From positions 5,292,101-5,356,100 of the forward strand of contig NC_092677.1 in NCBI RefSeq assembly GCF_964355755.1: a DNA stretch of 64,000 bases. The letters run 5' to 3'. The position numbers were made by a program, and so were the translations under genes. The notes beneath the pieces are model-generated. The model was not told the DNA's origin, searched no databases, and worked only from the letters and a program-made list of their open reading frames with translations. Numbering within the stretch: the first letter of the stretch is position 1; each line of letters opens with the position of its first letter. Shown here one piece after another: positions 51,891-64,000 of this stretch. The DNA comes from Antedon mediterranea. Lineage: Eukaryota; Animalia; Echinodermata.

Positions 51891-54120
51891 TTAAGATGCC
51901 AAAGGACCGCAATTGTGTACCACATCATACTGCCAAGGAACAGCACCTTCCTGGCTGTTAAAGTAGTCTCGAAACCTATCTCTTGTTTCTTTGGCAGTAG
52001 CCGTATAATTGTTTGACCCCACACTTCTTATATTTTGAAGGCCAGTTTCATCATCTTACACAACACTGCGCCATTCCTCTTCTTTAAATTCTGCATTGCT
52101 CCAGCTGTCAACAAACCCGCTGGGTATGTAGTGTGCGTTATCAGTTTGCATTAGGTAATTGTGTAGGCAGATTACAGCTTTTGTAATCTGGTCAACAGTT
52201 TCAATATTTGCTCTTATAGGACGCCTAAATATGCGCCACCTTGCAGCCATTACACCAAAGGTGTTTTCGATGGTTGGGCGTCCTCTCGATGTCCTATAAT
52301 TTGCCACTTCCTCTTCATCAGTCAAATTGTTGCCACCATATGGTTTTATTAACCAAGTTTTAAGAGGAAATATATCATCCCCTAATAAAACATAAGGCAA
52401 TTGTTGACCACCCACAACCGATGGTGGTGGCAGCTTTAGCGTTCCAAAATCAGCTCTTTTGAAAAATGATGACGCACCAAAAATAGCGGAATCATTGTCC
52501 CGCCCATATGAGCCAATGCTTGTCCATACAAATGAGTAACTGGCATCACAAATTGCCATTAATACTGTACTATGAAAGCCTTTATAGTTATAGTACATCG
52601 AGCCGCCAAATTTGGGACACTCGATAGCAATGTGCTTACCGTCTACTGCACCAATCGCATGAGGAACATTCCAATCATTTTCAAATTTTTCTGCAATTGT
52701 CATCCATTCACTCTCACTTGAGGGTAGCCTTAGGTATTTCTTATTTAAAGCTGTCCAAATTGAATCACAAATTTCCCGGATTATGTTAGAAACTGTTGCA
52801 CGACCAACCCGAAAGTTAAATGTTTGTGATGCCATCGAATCACCCGTAGCCAGATAACGCAAAGTTATCACAAGCCTTTCTTCTGCTGAAATTGCAGTAC
52901 GACCTCTGTCTTGTCTTATCTTTAGATAGGGCTCAACCGCAGACAGAAGATGACTAAATCTTTCCGGCGTCATCCTTAAATACCTGAAGACAATAAACAA
53001 AATTATAAATAACAAAAAATAATATTTTACATTTACATTACTACAAAATAGTTTGTACCAACACTACATACTTTCAAGGCTTAAAAATAAAAAAAAAACA
53101 TTATTTATTGTCATTTTAGGAGAAGGTACTGAGTTGCAAAATGAAACAGAAGAAGCCGACTTATTGGGTAATGTCTCGGACGACTTGGAAGACAAGGAAG
53201 ATATGGAACTACAAATTATGCAATTGTTCCGTGACTATTTTAAGAAGTAATAACAGAATTGATTTGCCAAATGTCAAAGTTAATTCATGATTAGTAAATG
53301 TATTATTTGTGATTATGTTATGTATTCAATCTTCTACGGCAATAAATGCACTTTTGTTTGGGATATTTTATTTAGACTACAATTGTTCATTGTGTACTGC
53401 ATGCACTATTTAATCAATTTAGATTTTAATTTTTCAACATAATAATAACAGTAGGAGTAATACATACTTCCTATCCGTTTAGTACTTCTCTAGGCTACCA
53501 CTGTAGATGGGTGTACAGTAGTAGTAGTAGTGTAGACCATGTGTGGACTGGATTCTAGTTGTAGTAACCTACCTACTTTACTAGCCTAGAATAAAGATCT
53601 GTCTAGGAGTGTCTTGATCATAGCATATAGGCCTAAATACTGTAAGCCTATATAGGCCTATCCTAGCCTAGGCCTATTTTACTCACCATCGTCTTTATAT
53701 AGACGCCAGCTCGGCGGCTGAAATGAACTGTGACCTTCATCTTTATTTAGCCAGGTCCATGTATGATGGCCATGTACTCTACTAGGCCTAGGCCTAGGGC
53801 CTTTATAATTATAAATGCAAATTACAATTAAACATCTAGGCCTAGGCCTAAAAGTAAAAAGATATTAATAATAATTAAATGTTATTAATATATATAGGCC
53901 TAGGCCTACCTAAAAAACCATTCTCTGTCGTTTTTTATCAGGGTCTTAAATAATGTATGGTACTGCCCGAACTCTATTCTTTCTTTTAGCACTTTCCTCT
54001 CCCAGAACTTGTGGATTCTTGGTTCTTTGTTCAACTCCTTTCTCCTCTAATCCTTCTCGTTAATATTCTTAAATATAGTATCTTTTTGGCCAACTCACGT
54101 CCTCTCCTACGAATAACCAT
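51891..54120 (-). pseudogene. Harbinger DDE transposase (HARBI1-like), 2 exons, with a premature stop
   Basis: Exon 53910-54120 (..GQYHTLF..WFF) joins 52983-51891 (RYLRM, GAVDGKH, LGDDIFPL, IENTFG). An in-frame TAA at 52056 is followed by the conserved RDRFRDYF..GAVPWQ. Confidence 0.88.
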
Positions 54121-54167
54121 ATTGAAATCGCACTGCACTGTTTATGTTTTGGAAAATGGCCTCCTCT

Positions 54168-54313
54168 CTTTTCGCGAGGAGGAATTGTGTGAGCCATGTG
54201 TTGTCGGAAGGAAAAAATTCAACTCGACGTAAGCGCAAGCTCTTTTCGCGAGGAGGAATTGTGTGAGCCATGTGTTGTCGGAAGGAAAAAATTCAACTCG
54301 ACGTAAGCGCAAG
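54168..54313 (+). repeat. About 73-bp direct tandem duplication in the Harbinger subterminal region
   Basis: tcttttcgcgaggaggaattgtgtgagcc...gacgtaagcgcaag occurs twice. Confidence 0.85.
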
Positions 54314-55194
54314 AAGGACAGACTTGCGATAAATTCAACTTTCGTAACGACGGAATCAGCACATGTAATAATCTAAATTTTTGCGGTCCAACGCGATTAT
54401 GACAATTTTGTGTCGACGTTAGTTTTTTGTCTACTGATCGGAACGCAAGCGTAATCGTAAGAAAACGACGCAATCGTAAGCGGAAGCAAGTCTTACGTCG
54501 ACTGGAAACCAGGCTTGAGAGACTGACATTTTTGTGAAAATGGAAACTCCACTATAATTTATAGGTCCCAGCTGCTAGACCCAAAAAACGTCTGGGAAAA
54601 GAGTCTAATGGTTGAATGACAAATCCCAAAGCATTTCTGGTATTTATGAGTCCCATGATATTATATAATACTGTAAATCAAAACAGTCCATGGAAGTTTT
54701 TGTTTGTACCATAGAACTATAATTATAGTTCCATGTTTGTACTAAAGTGACAGAAATTGAGTCTGTATTAGTCATATCAAAGTTATTCACTTCTGTAACA
54801 AAAAAACAATATTTATTCACATATAAAGAGAAAGAAACGTTTAATTATAACTAAAAAACCATTGTCTGACAGACAATTTAAGTATTTTTTGCTTTAAATT
54901 ACATTTTTTCAGGTTAACTAACTATTATGTGACAATAAAATGACACATTCAAAAACAAATTTGAAATATATATATCTTTAAAAGCGATCAGCATTTTTTG
55001 TAAGAAATATTTCTTGTTTATCTGTCAACAATGAACATATCCACATCAGTAGTAGTAGTAGTATAAACAGCGAAGTTTTACTGTCCAAGCCTTCATTTTT
55101 CTTAAACTGGAAGGTCAAATTGTTTTTATTTTTCACATTTCACATGAAGTAAGCATTTTACACAAAAGTGTTATTACAGTTGTGTTCTTTTCAG

Positions 55195-58100
55195 TTGTGT
55201 GTTTACTTTCTAGTAGTACTATTGCAGCTGGGTATTGCCAAAATGGGTAAGTTCCTGTTTAATGTTTTTAAAAATATGTCACAGTTGGTGCTGAAAAAAA
55301 AAGAATTATCAGCTTATTATCATTTCAGTCTTAATATTTGTTGTTTGTACTTACAAGCCCTATCATTCACATCATTTTCACTGTCTAAACTCAAGCCTAT
55401 GGTAGATATACTGTAGTTCATTCTTAACTTACTTTCTTTAATTTTAAGGAGTACATGGTCAATCTGTGACAACATCTGACCAGACAGCCAAGGAAGGTGA
55501 TGCTGAAGTGGTGATAACTTGTGATTATTCACAATTTACAGCTGATGTTCCGGATGAAATACAATGGGATGAACTAGATCAAGATGGAGTAAACATTAAT
55601 CCTGGTTTTGTTAATAATAGAAAAAAAGAAAATGGTCGTTTTAAATTACTCATAACACCTGGGAAGGCTGACTTGGTGATGTCACAGCCAATGAAAAATG
55701 ATTCTCAACGAACATTTCAGTGTGAGATACAAACAACAGATGGAGATATTGAAAGATCAAATCCATCTATTCTAACTGTATATTGTGAGTTAACAAGTTA
55801 AATCAACCTTTAAATAGAAACATAATTTTGCACCTTTAATTTATCATCTGCTGGAGTGGAAATTGTTATTAAATTAGAAAATAGCAACTAACTTTAAAAA
55901 TGTAAAAATTAATAAAAAGCTGAAAAAGACAGATGTAAATTGCCCATAACCCCTTAATTCCAATGGTGTCCTCTTAAGGGAAAAAATACAAATAACAAGC
56001 GAAAGCAAAACACATCTAAATACACTAATACATTTTATACACAGTAATCTGAACACGAGTTAAAGATTTAAAGTAGTTGGCCATAAGTCACAGATAACCA
56101 TAGAATGTGCAGGGTTTCGTGTAACGCAGTGAAGGTTCAGACCTAACTTTTGGGTTTTTTTTTTCAGATTTAGATCAACCATTTCTTTCTGCCTCTGGAA
56201 GTGCTGTCTATGAAGGTCAATCAGTGACCTTTACCTGTAGTAAACCTGATGGTGATCCTATTCCTGACATTACTTGGTATAAAGATGGACAGACAGTCAA
56301 CACCAACAACCCTTCTAGATATGAGATTGCAAATACCAGTACAGAGTCAGTTCTTAAGATTAAATCAGCTACTGAAGAAGATGGTGGGAGATATACATGT
56401 AAAGCAGAAAGTGATCAGTTTAAAGGAGATGATGCTAAAACAAGTGTTGGAATACAGTTGACTGTATATTGTATGTAAACAGCAAATATTTAAAACACAT
56501 AGAAATATTTACAAATCACTATCACAATTAAAGACATTAATAAGGAATATATAAAAAATATAAAAAGATAGACAAAATGTAGGCTTAACTAGGCTTTAAT
56601 GGACTAATTATTGCACTAAATCATTTTTTCTAATTTATAGGCCTACTAACCTAATATAAATACAACTATCTATTAATGAATATTTATTAATTCATAATTA
56701 ATGAAAAAATATTTTAAGTGAAATATGAGTAGGCCTATAAGTTTTTTTTTTTCTGTTTCATTTCTTTTGTTTTACTTGCTTACTATTAATTTTTGTAAAC
56801 AATTGTTGTTTATATTAGATATTAATGTTACATTTATACCTGAAGATGGTATTGCAACATGTACAGCAGAGGGCCATCCCAAGCCATTATCAATATTGAT
56901 ATTACAAGATGGAGAAGTGGTTGAGGAAGGAGAAAATACAGCAACTATAGACATTAATGAGGAGATATGTCAATCAAATCTTACATGTTATGCAGAGAAT
57001 GGAAAGCTTAATAAAACAATGACACTAGAGAACTGTACAGAAGGTAATATAGTATATTGTTATAAGTAGCTTAACTTATATATAACATTGAAATACTTGT
57101 TGGTGAGGCTTGTAATTAATAGAATACTAAGAAATGACAAAAACTAGGGATCCACTGCTATTACCTTTTACCTTTTTAATTTTAAAATTGTGGCCTCTAG
57201 TTACAGTAGATGGTGCTAATTCAAAAAAGACACCCGGATTAACATTATCATACTTTTGTATCATTCTAAAAATCTGTAAACAGCAAGACCTTTTTCTTCG
57301 AAATGCTAATGATGGTAGTTTCATAAAGTTCATGCGGTCACTGTATGGTTGAGATTTAATTTCAAGAGCAAGTTTTGTGGCTTTTGAATCACCAGCAGAC
57401 TAGCAGACTAAAGTATGAATAATAATTGTAAAAACGGCAACCAGATATGTTACTGTTATACCTGTTTCACATCCGCAAAAAGTAACGTGTTCATGTAGTG
57501 TGAATGCAATTTTGAAAAAATTAGGCATTTTTAAAGGGAATTTTTTTACACATTTTTTAAATAATTGATGATAATGAAAAGACATTTGTTTACAGCTATT
57601 CCAGCAGATTCATACGTTATCTTGATTGTGATGTTGGTTGTTGTTGGTTTGGTTATTGTGTGGATAATGCTTCTTGTTTGTAAGTAAACCATATTCTTTA
57701 TATTACTGTATTCTTTAGAATGGCATGCACATAATATGTTAGTTGGTCTTCTCATATTCATCAATATATAAATTTTTCAGATATTATAATTACCTATTAT
57801 AACACATCTGATTGTATTTTTGATTGGCCAATTATGTATCATTTTAAATTAGCCCTATCTTGTAAAAAAGTGATATCTGATGGTGATAATAAACCCGCTC
57901 TAATGCACTTTCAGCTTTTTGTATATCATTTGTCAATGATTTACAATGAATAAATTGAATAAAAGTAGTAGTATAAATGTATACAAATTTTATACTACTA
58001 CAACAAATACCTCAGTGTATCCTACTAAATGGTAAAGTGATATTTGATAATGAATGCTACAAATTGTTGTTCAGGTTTTGTAAACTCGAGTTCTGTATAC

Positions 58101-61100
58101 AATTTTCAAAAATCAGTTTTTAGCCTAATTTTTAATATGAATAGTTATTAGGTTTCTTTTATAAACATTCTTATCTAAACGTTGTTGTTTTGTAATTTTA
58201 TTTACATACATACAGTATTAGATAAATATTTGCTACCATGGCTAATTGTTTTTTATAGATTTTATGTATTGCAAGAATATTGAGTGGAGCAATCAAGATA
58301 TTGATACAGAGACAGTTGAAGGTGGTAATCCAATTATGATGAGTTGGAAATACCGTCCAAGTATTGCAAGGTTCAAGACAGTTGAAATAAAAAAAGACGA
58401 CAAGGTGGTTGGTTTAAATCAACAGCAATTCAGTAGTTGTAAAACAGTCTGTCAGTATGTCTGTTATTGCTGTCGTTACTTTTGTGGATTTTGTTGTAGT
58501 GAATACTTTGACAAATCGTGTAAGTAATTTTAAGTTTATTAGATTATCATTTTATTATTCTAAGACATTTTATGTTAGTGATTTAGGCTTTACTGTCAGA
58601 ACAGTTTATATTTGCTGTAGTAACCTGTACATACATTCAGTAAATTAAATAATCATTCAATTTAAATCAAATCATTTTTATTTCATAGTTGAAAACCAAC
58701 CGAATGCAAGCAGGTGAGTTATTTCTATACTGTTTTTTGATTAATATAAATGAGTACATCACTACGACACTAATAACATTGAAATTGAAGATTGATGATA
58801 AATGTGGTGGTATATCAATGATCAAAAGTTAAAAAAAAACATTTGATTGTGTTAACTACAGAAGTGGAGGAAAAGTTCCTGATGGTACAGAGGTTCCTTT
58901 TGATGTAATCAAATCAAGTTCACCAAACCAGGTTGGCTATAAAGAGTATTTACAACTTAATTAAAAGTTTTACACAATTTTACAGATGCGGTTCCGCATA
59001 GCTTCATATAACCATCGACTTTTCTATGTAACGCAAAACAAAAGACTGTCGACTCCATTTTAAGAACGATCAACAATTGGCAATTCCCACAGAACACGCA
59101 AAAACAAAATTGTGTCACTTGTATTTTTACTGGTGGAAAATTTGATTTCTGATTTGTTGGTAATACATGGAAGTTTCATTTCATTTCGGGCCAATTAGAG
59201 GTTCCATGCATCATGAATTTTATGTGTGAGTACCAGGTGGGGCTGTGGCTCATGTGCTTAGTGTCTGGTCTGGCCCCCTATCCCCTATTTCAACATCATG
59301 GACCCACCCCTGATTTTTAAACAAGCTGATTGTTGTGTGTTTTTGGGTTTCACATTAAAAGTAAATATGCAAAAATACGGTTTTGGGTGTAATTTCTGTG
59401 GTCCACAATACTTGTTAAAGCTTATTAAATTCCATTGGTTTTACTTTTAACCAGTTACATCCAGACGGTAACAAAGCACTGCAGCATAGAATTTGTGAAA
59501 GTGTTTACATTATTTGAAAACAATGTTCTTAATAAATTCTTTTTTTCAGACAACTTCTGATGATTGTGAAGACAGCAAACTTTTAGCAGAACATCAAGAA
59601 GAACAAGGTAAACTTTGACATTATTCTCTATACTTTCAATGTCAACATTCTATGAGAATGCATTCAAACAATAAAAAACAACTTGTGCGTTTAGTTTTGG
59701 CTTATTGAGTGTACTATATTTTTTAGTTTGTCTTTTATAAACATTTTCAATTTAATGAGAGAAGTCTGTGTTTTATTGAGCCAATTATTTTACTATTATT
59801 GGAAGTACAATTGAATTTTCCTATGTATACATAACTACAGTAAGAATTTATATAAGAAAACATAGGAAAGCTTTTAAATGGTTAAACCTGAACTAAAATG
59901 TATATAGTATAGAATAATAGTATATTATAAAGAAATATATGCTATGTCATGTCATTTTTTTAATTGATAGTATTTTTTAGTGTAGACTTTATTAATTTGT
60001 TTGTTTTTGTTATAGCAAAAGGCTTGAATGAAAGGTATATAGTTTTTCGATAAAGATACACATATTGCTTACACTTAACGCAATGCTAAAATTACTACCG
60101 TACCTTTATAATGTGCAGTATCACATAAATTACATAATGTTTTTTTCAGTATCACAAAAGACCATTGCTACCAGCCAATCAAATTAATGTATAAATACAT
60201 GATCCAAATAAAAAAGCCGAACTATAGGTTTACTATCACACAAAATAATCTCCAAATATAAAATTCAATCTCAAACTCAGTGTTCACTATTTATAAACAC
60301 AAAAATACAGAAATACTGATTTTTATTCTCAGTATCTTCTACGAAATACATCATATGTGTCATTACGTTTTTTACTGTGAGCATTAATATTTACACGCAC
60401 TTAACACAAGCCATTAAGGTGTTGTTGGTTAAAACTGTTACTCTGCATCCAAGTTGGAGCTCTTTCTTTATTAACAGTTTTAGCCTTTAAAAATCATGTA
60501 TTTTTAAATTCCATGATACAACTATCAAAATAGAACACTTATCACGCTCATGAAATATTCTTGCCATTCAACTCATAGGTAGTAGTCAAAACGTATATTG
60601 TTGTTTATAAATTGTTTCTCTGTACTCCCTCCTGATATTAATAATCACCACTGATTCATTGCAAAGCATACATACAGTACTCATGGCAACATTTTTGCAA
60701 CCACTTCATAAATTTATTTTATTAGTTATTTTTCTGAATAATAATTTTATGTTTATTTTTTTTCTCTAGATCTGAAATGTCATACTCAAGTAAGTAACAC
60801 CAATACTATTTCGTTTCAATTTGTTATATTTACAAAGTGAAAATTGTTAGACCGTAAATTATAAATCTGTAAAAAGTCTTGGTTGATTAATTATGTATTA
60901 TGTGCGGGTGTGTATAGTTTAACTTAACGAAAAGTTTAAAATTGTACTGTGGACGTCCAGCTGTTTGTAAACATTTGGAAAATAGAGGCTGGAGATTTGC
61001 GGATCTAACCAACCTGTAGTGTTCTCCGTCTATAACTTTTCTCATCTTCTTCCAAAATTAAAGTGCTGTCTTTTTAAATAACCTTGTTTAATAAAACAGT

Positions 61101-63775
61101 CAACTCATAAACATTCACTACTCTTGGTTTAGGTTATCAATATATGTCCTTGAGCAGTAAGCATAAAGTGTATAGCAATATAAGCATTTAGTGAATTGCA
61201 TAGAAACAAAATACATCAAATTTACAAATATTTATTTAACTTAAAATGTTTATTTGTACTTAGTTAGTAGAGGAAGAATCAACCTAAAATTTACAAAGCC
61301 TGAGAAATCAGATTCAGGGAAGTACAACTGTAGCATACAGGGCAGTAGACAACAGGGTTCAGATGTCAACAAGTTGTCTGTTCGTGGTGAGTTTTAAATA
61401 AATGGTACTTTTTGTTCATTTTTTCCTAGGTACAAAAAAATGTTTTTCTTGCGTACGAACAATTTTTCGAGACCATTACTGTGATTCTAAACGTGAAATC
61501 TAATAGCGCCGCCTATTTTTAAACGACAACAACAATGAATACTACTGTATTAATTTAGACTAAAAAAGCATTTAAATTAGCATGAGATCACTAGTATGAT
61601 TTTGATTAATTAATAGGAACAACTCTACAACAGTTGGAATTGTTGAAAAATTAGCCTAGATTAGTTTCAGTTGGCTGGCAAAGTTTTGTCATGGTATCGA
61701 TGCCTTTCTAGCCTAGTAAGCCTAGGCAATATGGCTTAGGATTTGCCTCGTGGAAATATTTGTACCGTTCCACTAATTAACATTCATTATTTGTATAATA
61801 ATTTGTGCTCTGGGAAAATAATTCGTCAAGAAAAATATCATTCCCTCAGGGATGTCAATTGTTTCATCTCTATAGCAGGCAATATTTGTATATTATAACA
61901 CATGTGGGTGAGTATTCTTGCAATTTGATTGGTTAATTACGCATCACATGCCATTCGTTATTAGTTCTACCCAATGGAAAAGTGATATCCAATGGTAATA
62001 ATGGTTTGAATGCATGTTAACGAACAAAAAATTGTTCTTGCGTACGTACTGTATTTCAGCTCAAAAGTTGCGGTTCTTCAATTTGTTTTGCTTGATCAAT
62101 CAAAAATGGGTGCATCACAGAACATAAAATGCAGTTTGTGACCTTAAATTAGATCGAAAAAACGTAGGGAATGTGTCTTTAAAAATGTTTTTTTTTATTA
62201 GGTCCATTGTACTATGATTCTTTGTCTTCTATCATTTCCTTTTTACTTGTTGTTTTTTCTTTTATTTTTTTACTTTTGTTCATATCATTTTTTCATTTCT
62301 TTACTTTTATTTTAAAATGTTTGATGAGTAGATCAGAAGTTTCATACAGAGAAAAAAAAAATTAAAAAAAGACGTGTCTATAATAGCAGTAAAAAAGATT
62401 AATATTACAATAAATTAATAAAGTCTATCCCATTGTTTCTCAAAATCATATGATTCTCCATTTTGCCTTGAAATATACCTTAACATCATTAAATAATTTC
62501 GTAAATAAATATTTAAAGCCTTAATACATGGCAGAGTTTTACCAATTCTACATTTATAAATTAAATACTTTGTAAGAATAATAATTGTAATAACAGAAAA
62601 ACATTGTGAAATATCTCCAAACAAAATCGAATCAATTGTAAAAGTTATTTTTTTAAAGGAAATACTAATTTTTTGTTCTATATTTGACCATAGTGGTTTT
62701 ACATATTTGCAGCTTACAAACAGATGAGGAAGTGTTTCAAGTACAATGTCACAGAAAGTACATGCTTCATTTTGTCGAATACCAAATCTTGTCAAAAAAA
62801 CATTTGTTGCAATTATTCTATTATTTTTCTATATTGGAACCATTGTAGGTTTGTTTGTCTGACACATTTAAAAGGAAGTTTGTACATTTGTTTCAGTTCA
62901 TCTGTTTTAATGACATTAATTTTCTCTTCCAATTTTCTCATACTTTTCGGTCTGACAAAAACATTTTCTTTAAATTTGTTGTAAAAAGCTTTACACCCTG
63001 TTGGATTTTTAATAAAAATATCTAAATGAAAAGGAATTATTGGTGTTTGCAGTTTAGTCAAATTACTTATATTGTAACTATGTTTTATTGAATTAATTAT
63101 ACCTTGGTACAGTAAAAAATTATATTGAATATTATAATGTTTTCTGAAATGTTCCCAAGACATAAAAGAATTTTTTTCTGAACGTAATACATCGTTGATA
63201 TAAACTATTCCCCTTTCATACCAATTTTTTAAAAACACTGGCCTTGGCAACTTTTATTTCGTTATTTCCCCACAAAAATATTCTTGGGTAGTAGATGGAT
63301 GTTGTTGGATGCATTATAGCCTATGTTTTATAGAAATATATATAGAAATTATCTTACACATTTTTCTTTGTATATGAACGTTGTAAAACAATACATTTTG
63401 CTATTTCATAAAATGAGGTGAACTTTTGTTTAAAGGATTATTGTTTCTCTGTTGTTTTTATAGATGCTCTCAAATTGGAGATTACAGATGCTACTACATA
63501 TGGGGGAAGAGATGTTAAAATGGTCTTAAACATAACATATGTTGATGATTCAGTTGAAATATCCAATATCGAGTGGTATAAGCAAGGTGACGATGGAGAA
63601 AAAGTCCTGTTGACAACACCGTCAGAGAAGTATGAATATGAAAATGAGGACAAGTACAATGGATATCTTAAAATAAAAAATGTCCAGTTTTGTGATAGAG
63701 CAGAATACATATGTAAAGTTCATGTTAAAGGAAGACCAAGAATATATGAATGTTCTGGAAGTTTAACAACTAAAA
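55195..63775 (+). CDS. Gene A3 (3' end outside window): SP, IgV, 2 Ig, TM, Cys-string/split Ig, Ig...
   Basis: Exons about 55195-55246 (start codon not located), 55449-55784, 56168-56470, 56819-57043, 57596-57679 (TM), 58259-58519, 58689-58713, 58862-58931, 59550-59607, 60016-60034, 60770-60789, 61264-61386, 63464-63775. Phases match A1/A2. Confidence 0.78.
57127..57385 (-). mobile_element. CR1 3' fragment
   Basis: LPSLAFRRKR..QIFRMI..FFEL..TRGHNFKI resembles the ORF2 C-terminus. Confidence 0.7.
62400..63260 (-). mobile_element. L1/Tx1-clade LINE 3' fragment (frameshifted)
   Basis: WYERGIVYINDV, LQWFQY and CTFC..ETLPHLFVSC (C-terminal CCHC zinc finger). Confidence 0.8.
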
Positions 63776-64000
63776 GTAAATAAACCATCCTTGAAATGGG
63801 TGTCATGTAAACTCAGATTTTAGTTTCATTAAAAAAATAATTTGTTCTAATCAGAGGGATTTCAAAAAGACTGTATCTTTTTATAAATATTTCATTAAAT
63901 ATATTATTACTGTGATAATATAATAATTTTAGTTTAGATACTCTAAAGTAATAGTATTCCACATAACCTACCCTCTGATTATAGAGCAATCCATTTTAGT

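Larger units (their letters stand above)
49833..54515. mobile_element. PIF/Harbinger DNA transposon (full length, decayed)
   Basis: TIRs AGCCTGGTTTCCAGTCGACGTAAG / CTTACGTCGACTGGAAACCAGGCT with a 3-bp TSD (TGA); contains transposase and MADF genes. Confidence 0.92.

Overview
Very AT-rich, intron-containing animal DNA, probably an invertebrate deuterostome (the frequent TAGGCCTA motif hints at an echinoderm; weak inference). Splicing exons by hand (GT-AG sites, phase continuity) shows a tandem cluster of two alternating Ig-superfamily receptor genes: A1(+) B1(-) A2(+) B2(-) A3(+). B1/A2 and B2/A3 are head-to-head; A1/B1 and A2/B2 are tail-to-tail. Both types share one homologous, variable ectodomain (signal, IgV, IgC/I, 1-2 short Ig domains, TM). 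Type B continues into a tyrosine-rich tail with a canonical ITAM, an ITIM-consensus site and 6-10 tandem DDEGYVKP repeats. Type A continues in frame into a Cys-string, a split Ig domain, up to four more Ig domains and a GH33 (NEU2/3/4-like) sialidase domain that appears to have lost most catalytic residues. The 3' halves of the A/B pairs form a recent segmental duplication (1-19739 vs 30460-47211). The V domains are mosaic and divergent. Introns and spacers hold a young CR1 LINE, a PIF/Harbinger transposon, two different Penelope-type inserts carrying hammerhead ribozymes at the same (TA)n site, several MITEs, a tRNA-derived SINE and L2/CR1/Tx1 fragments. All exon models and alignments were made by eye and are not validated by transcripts.
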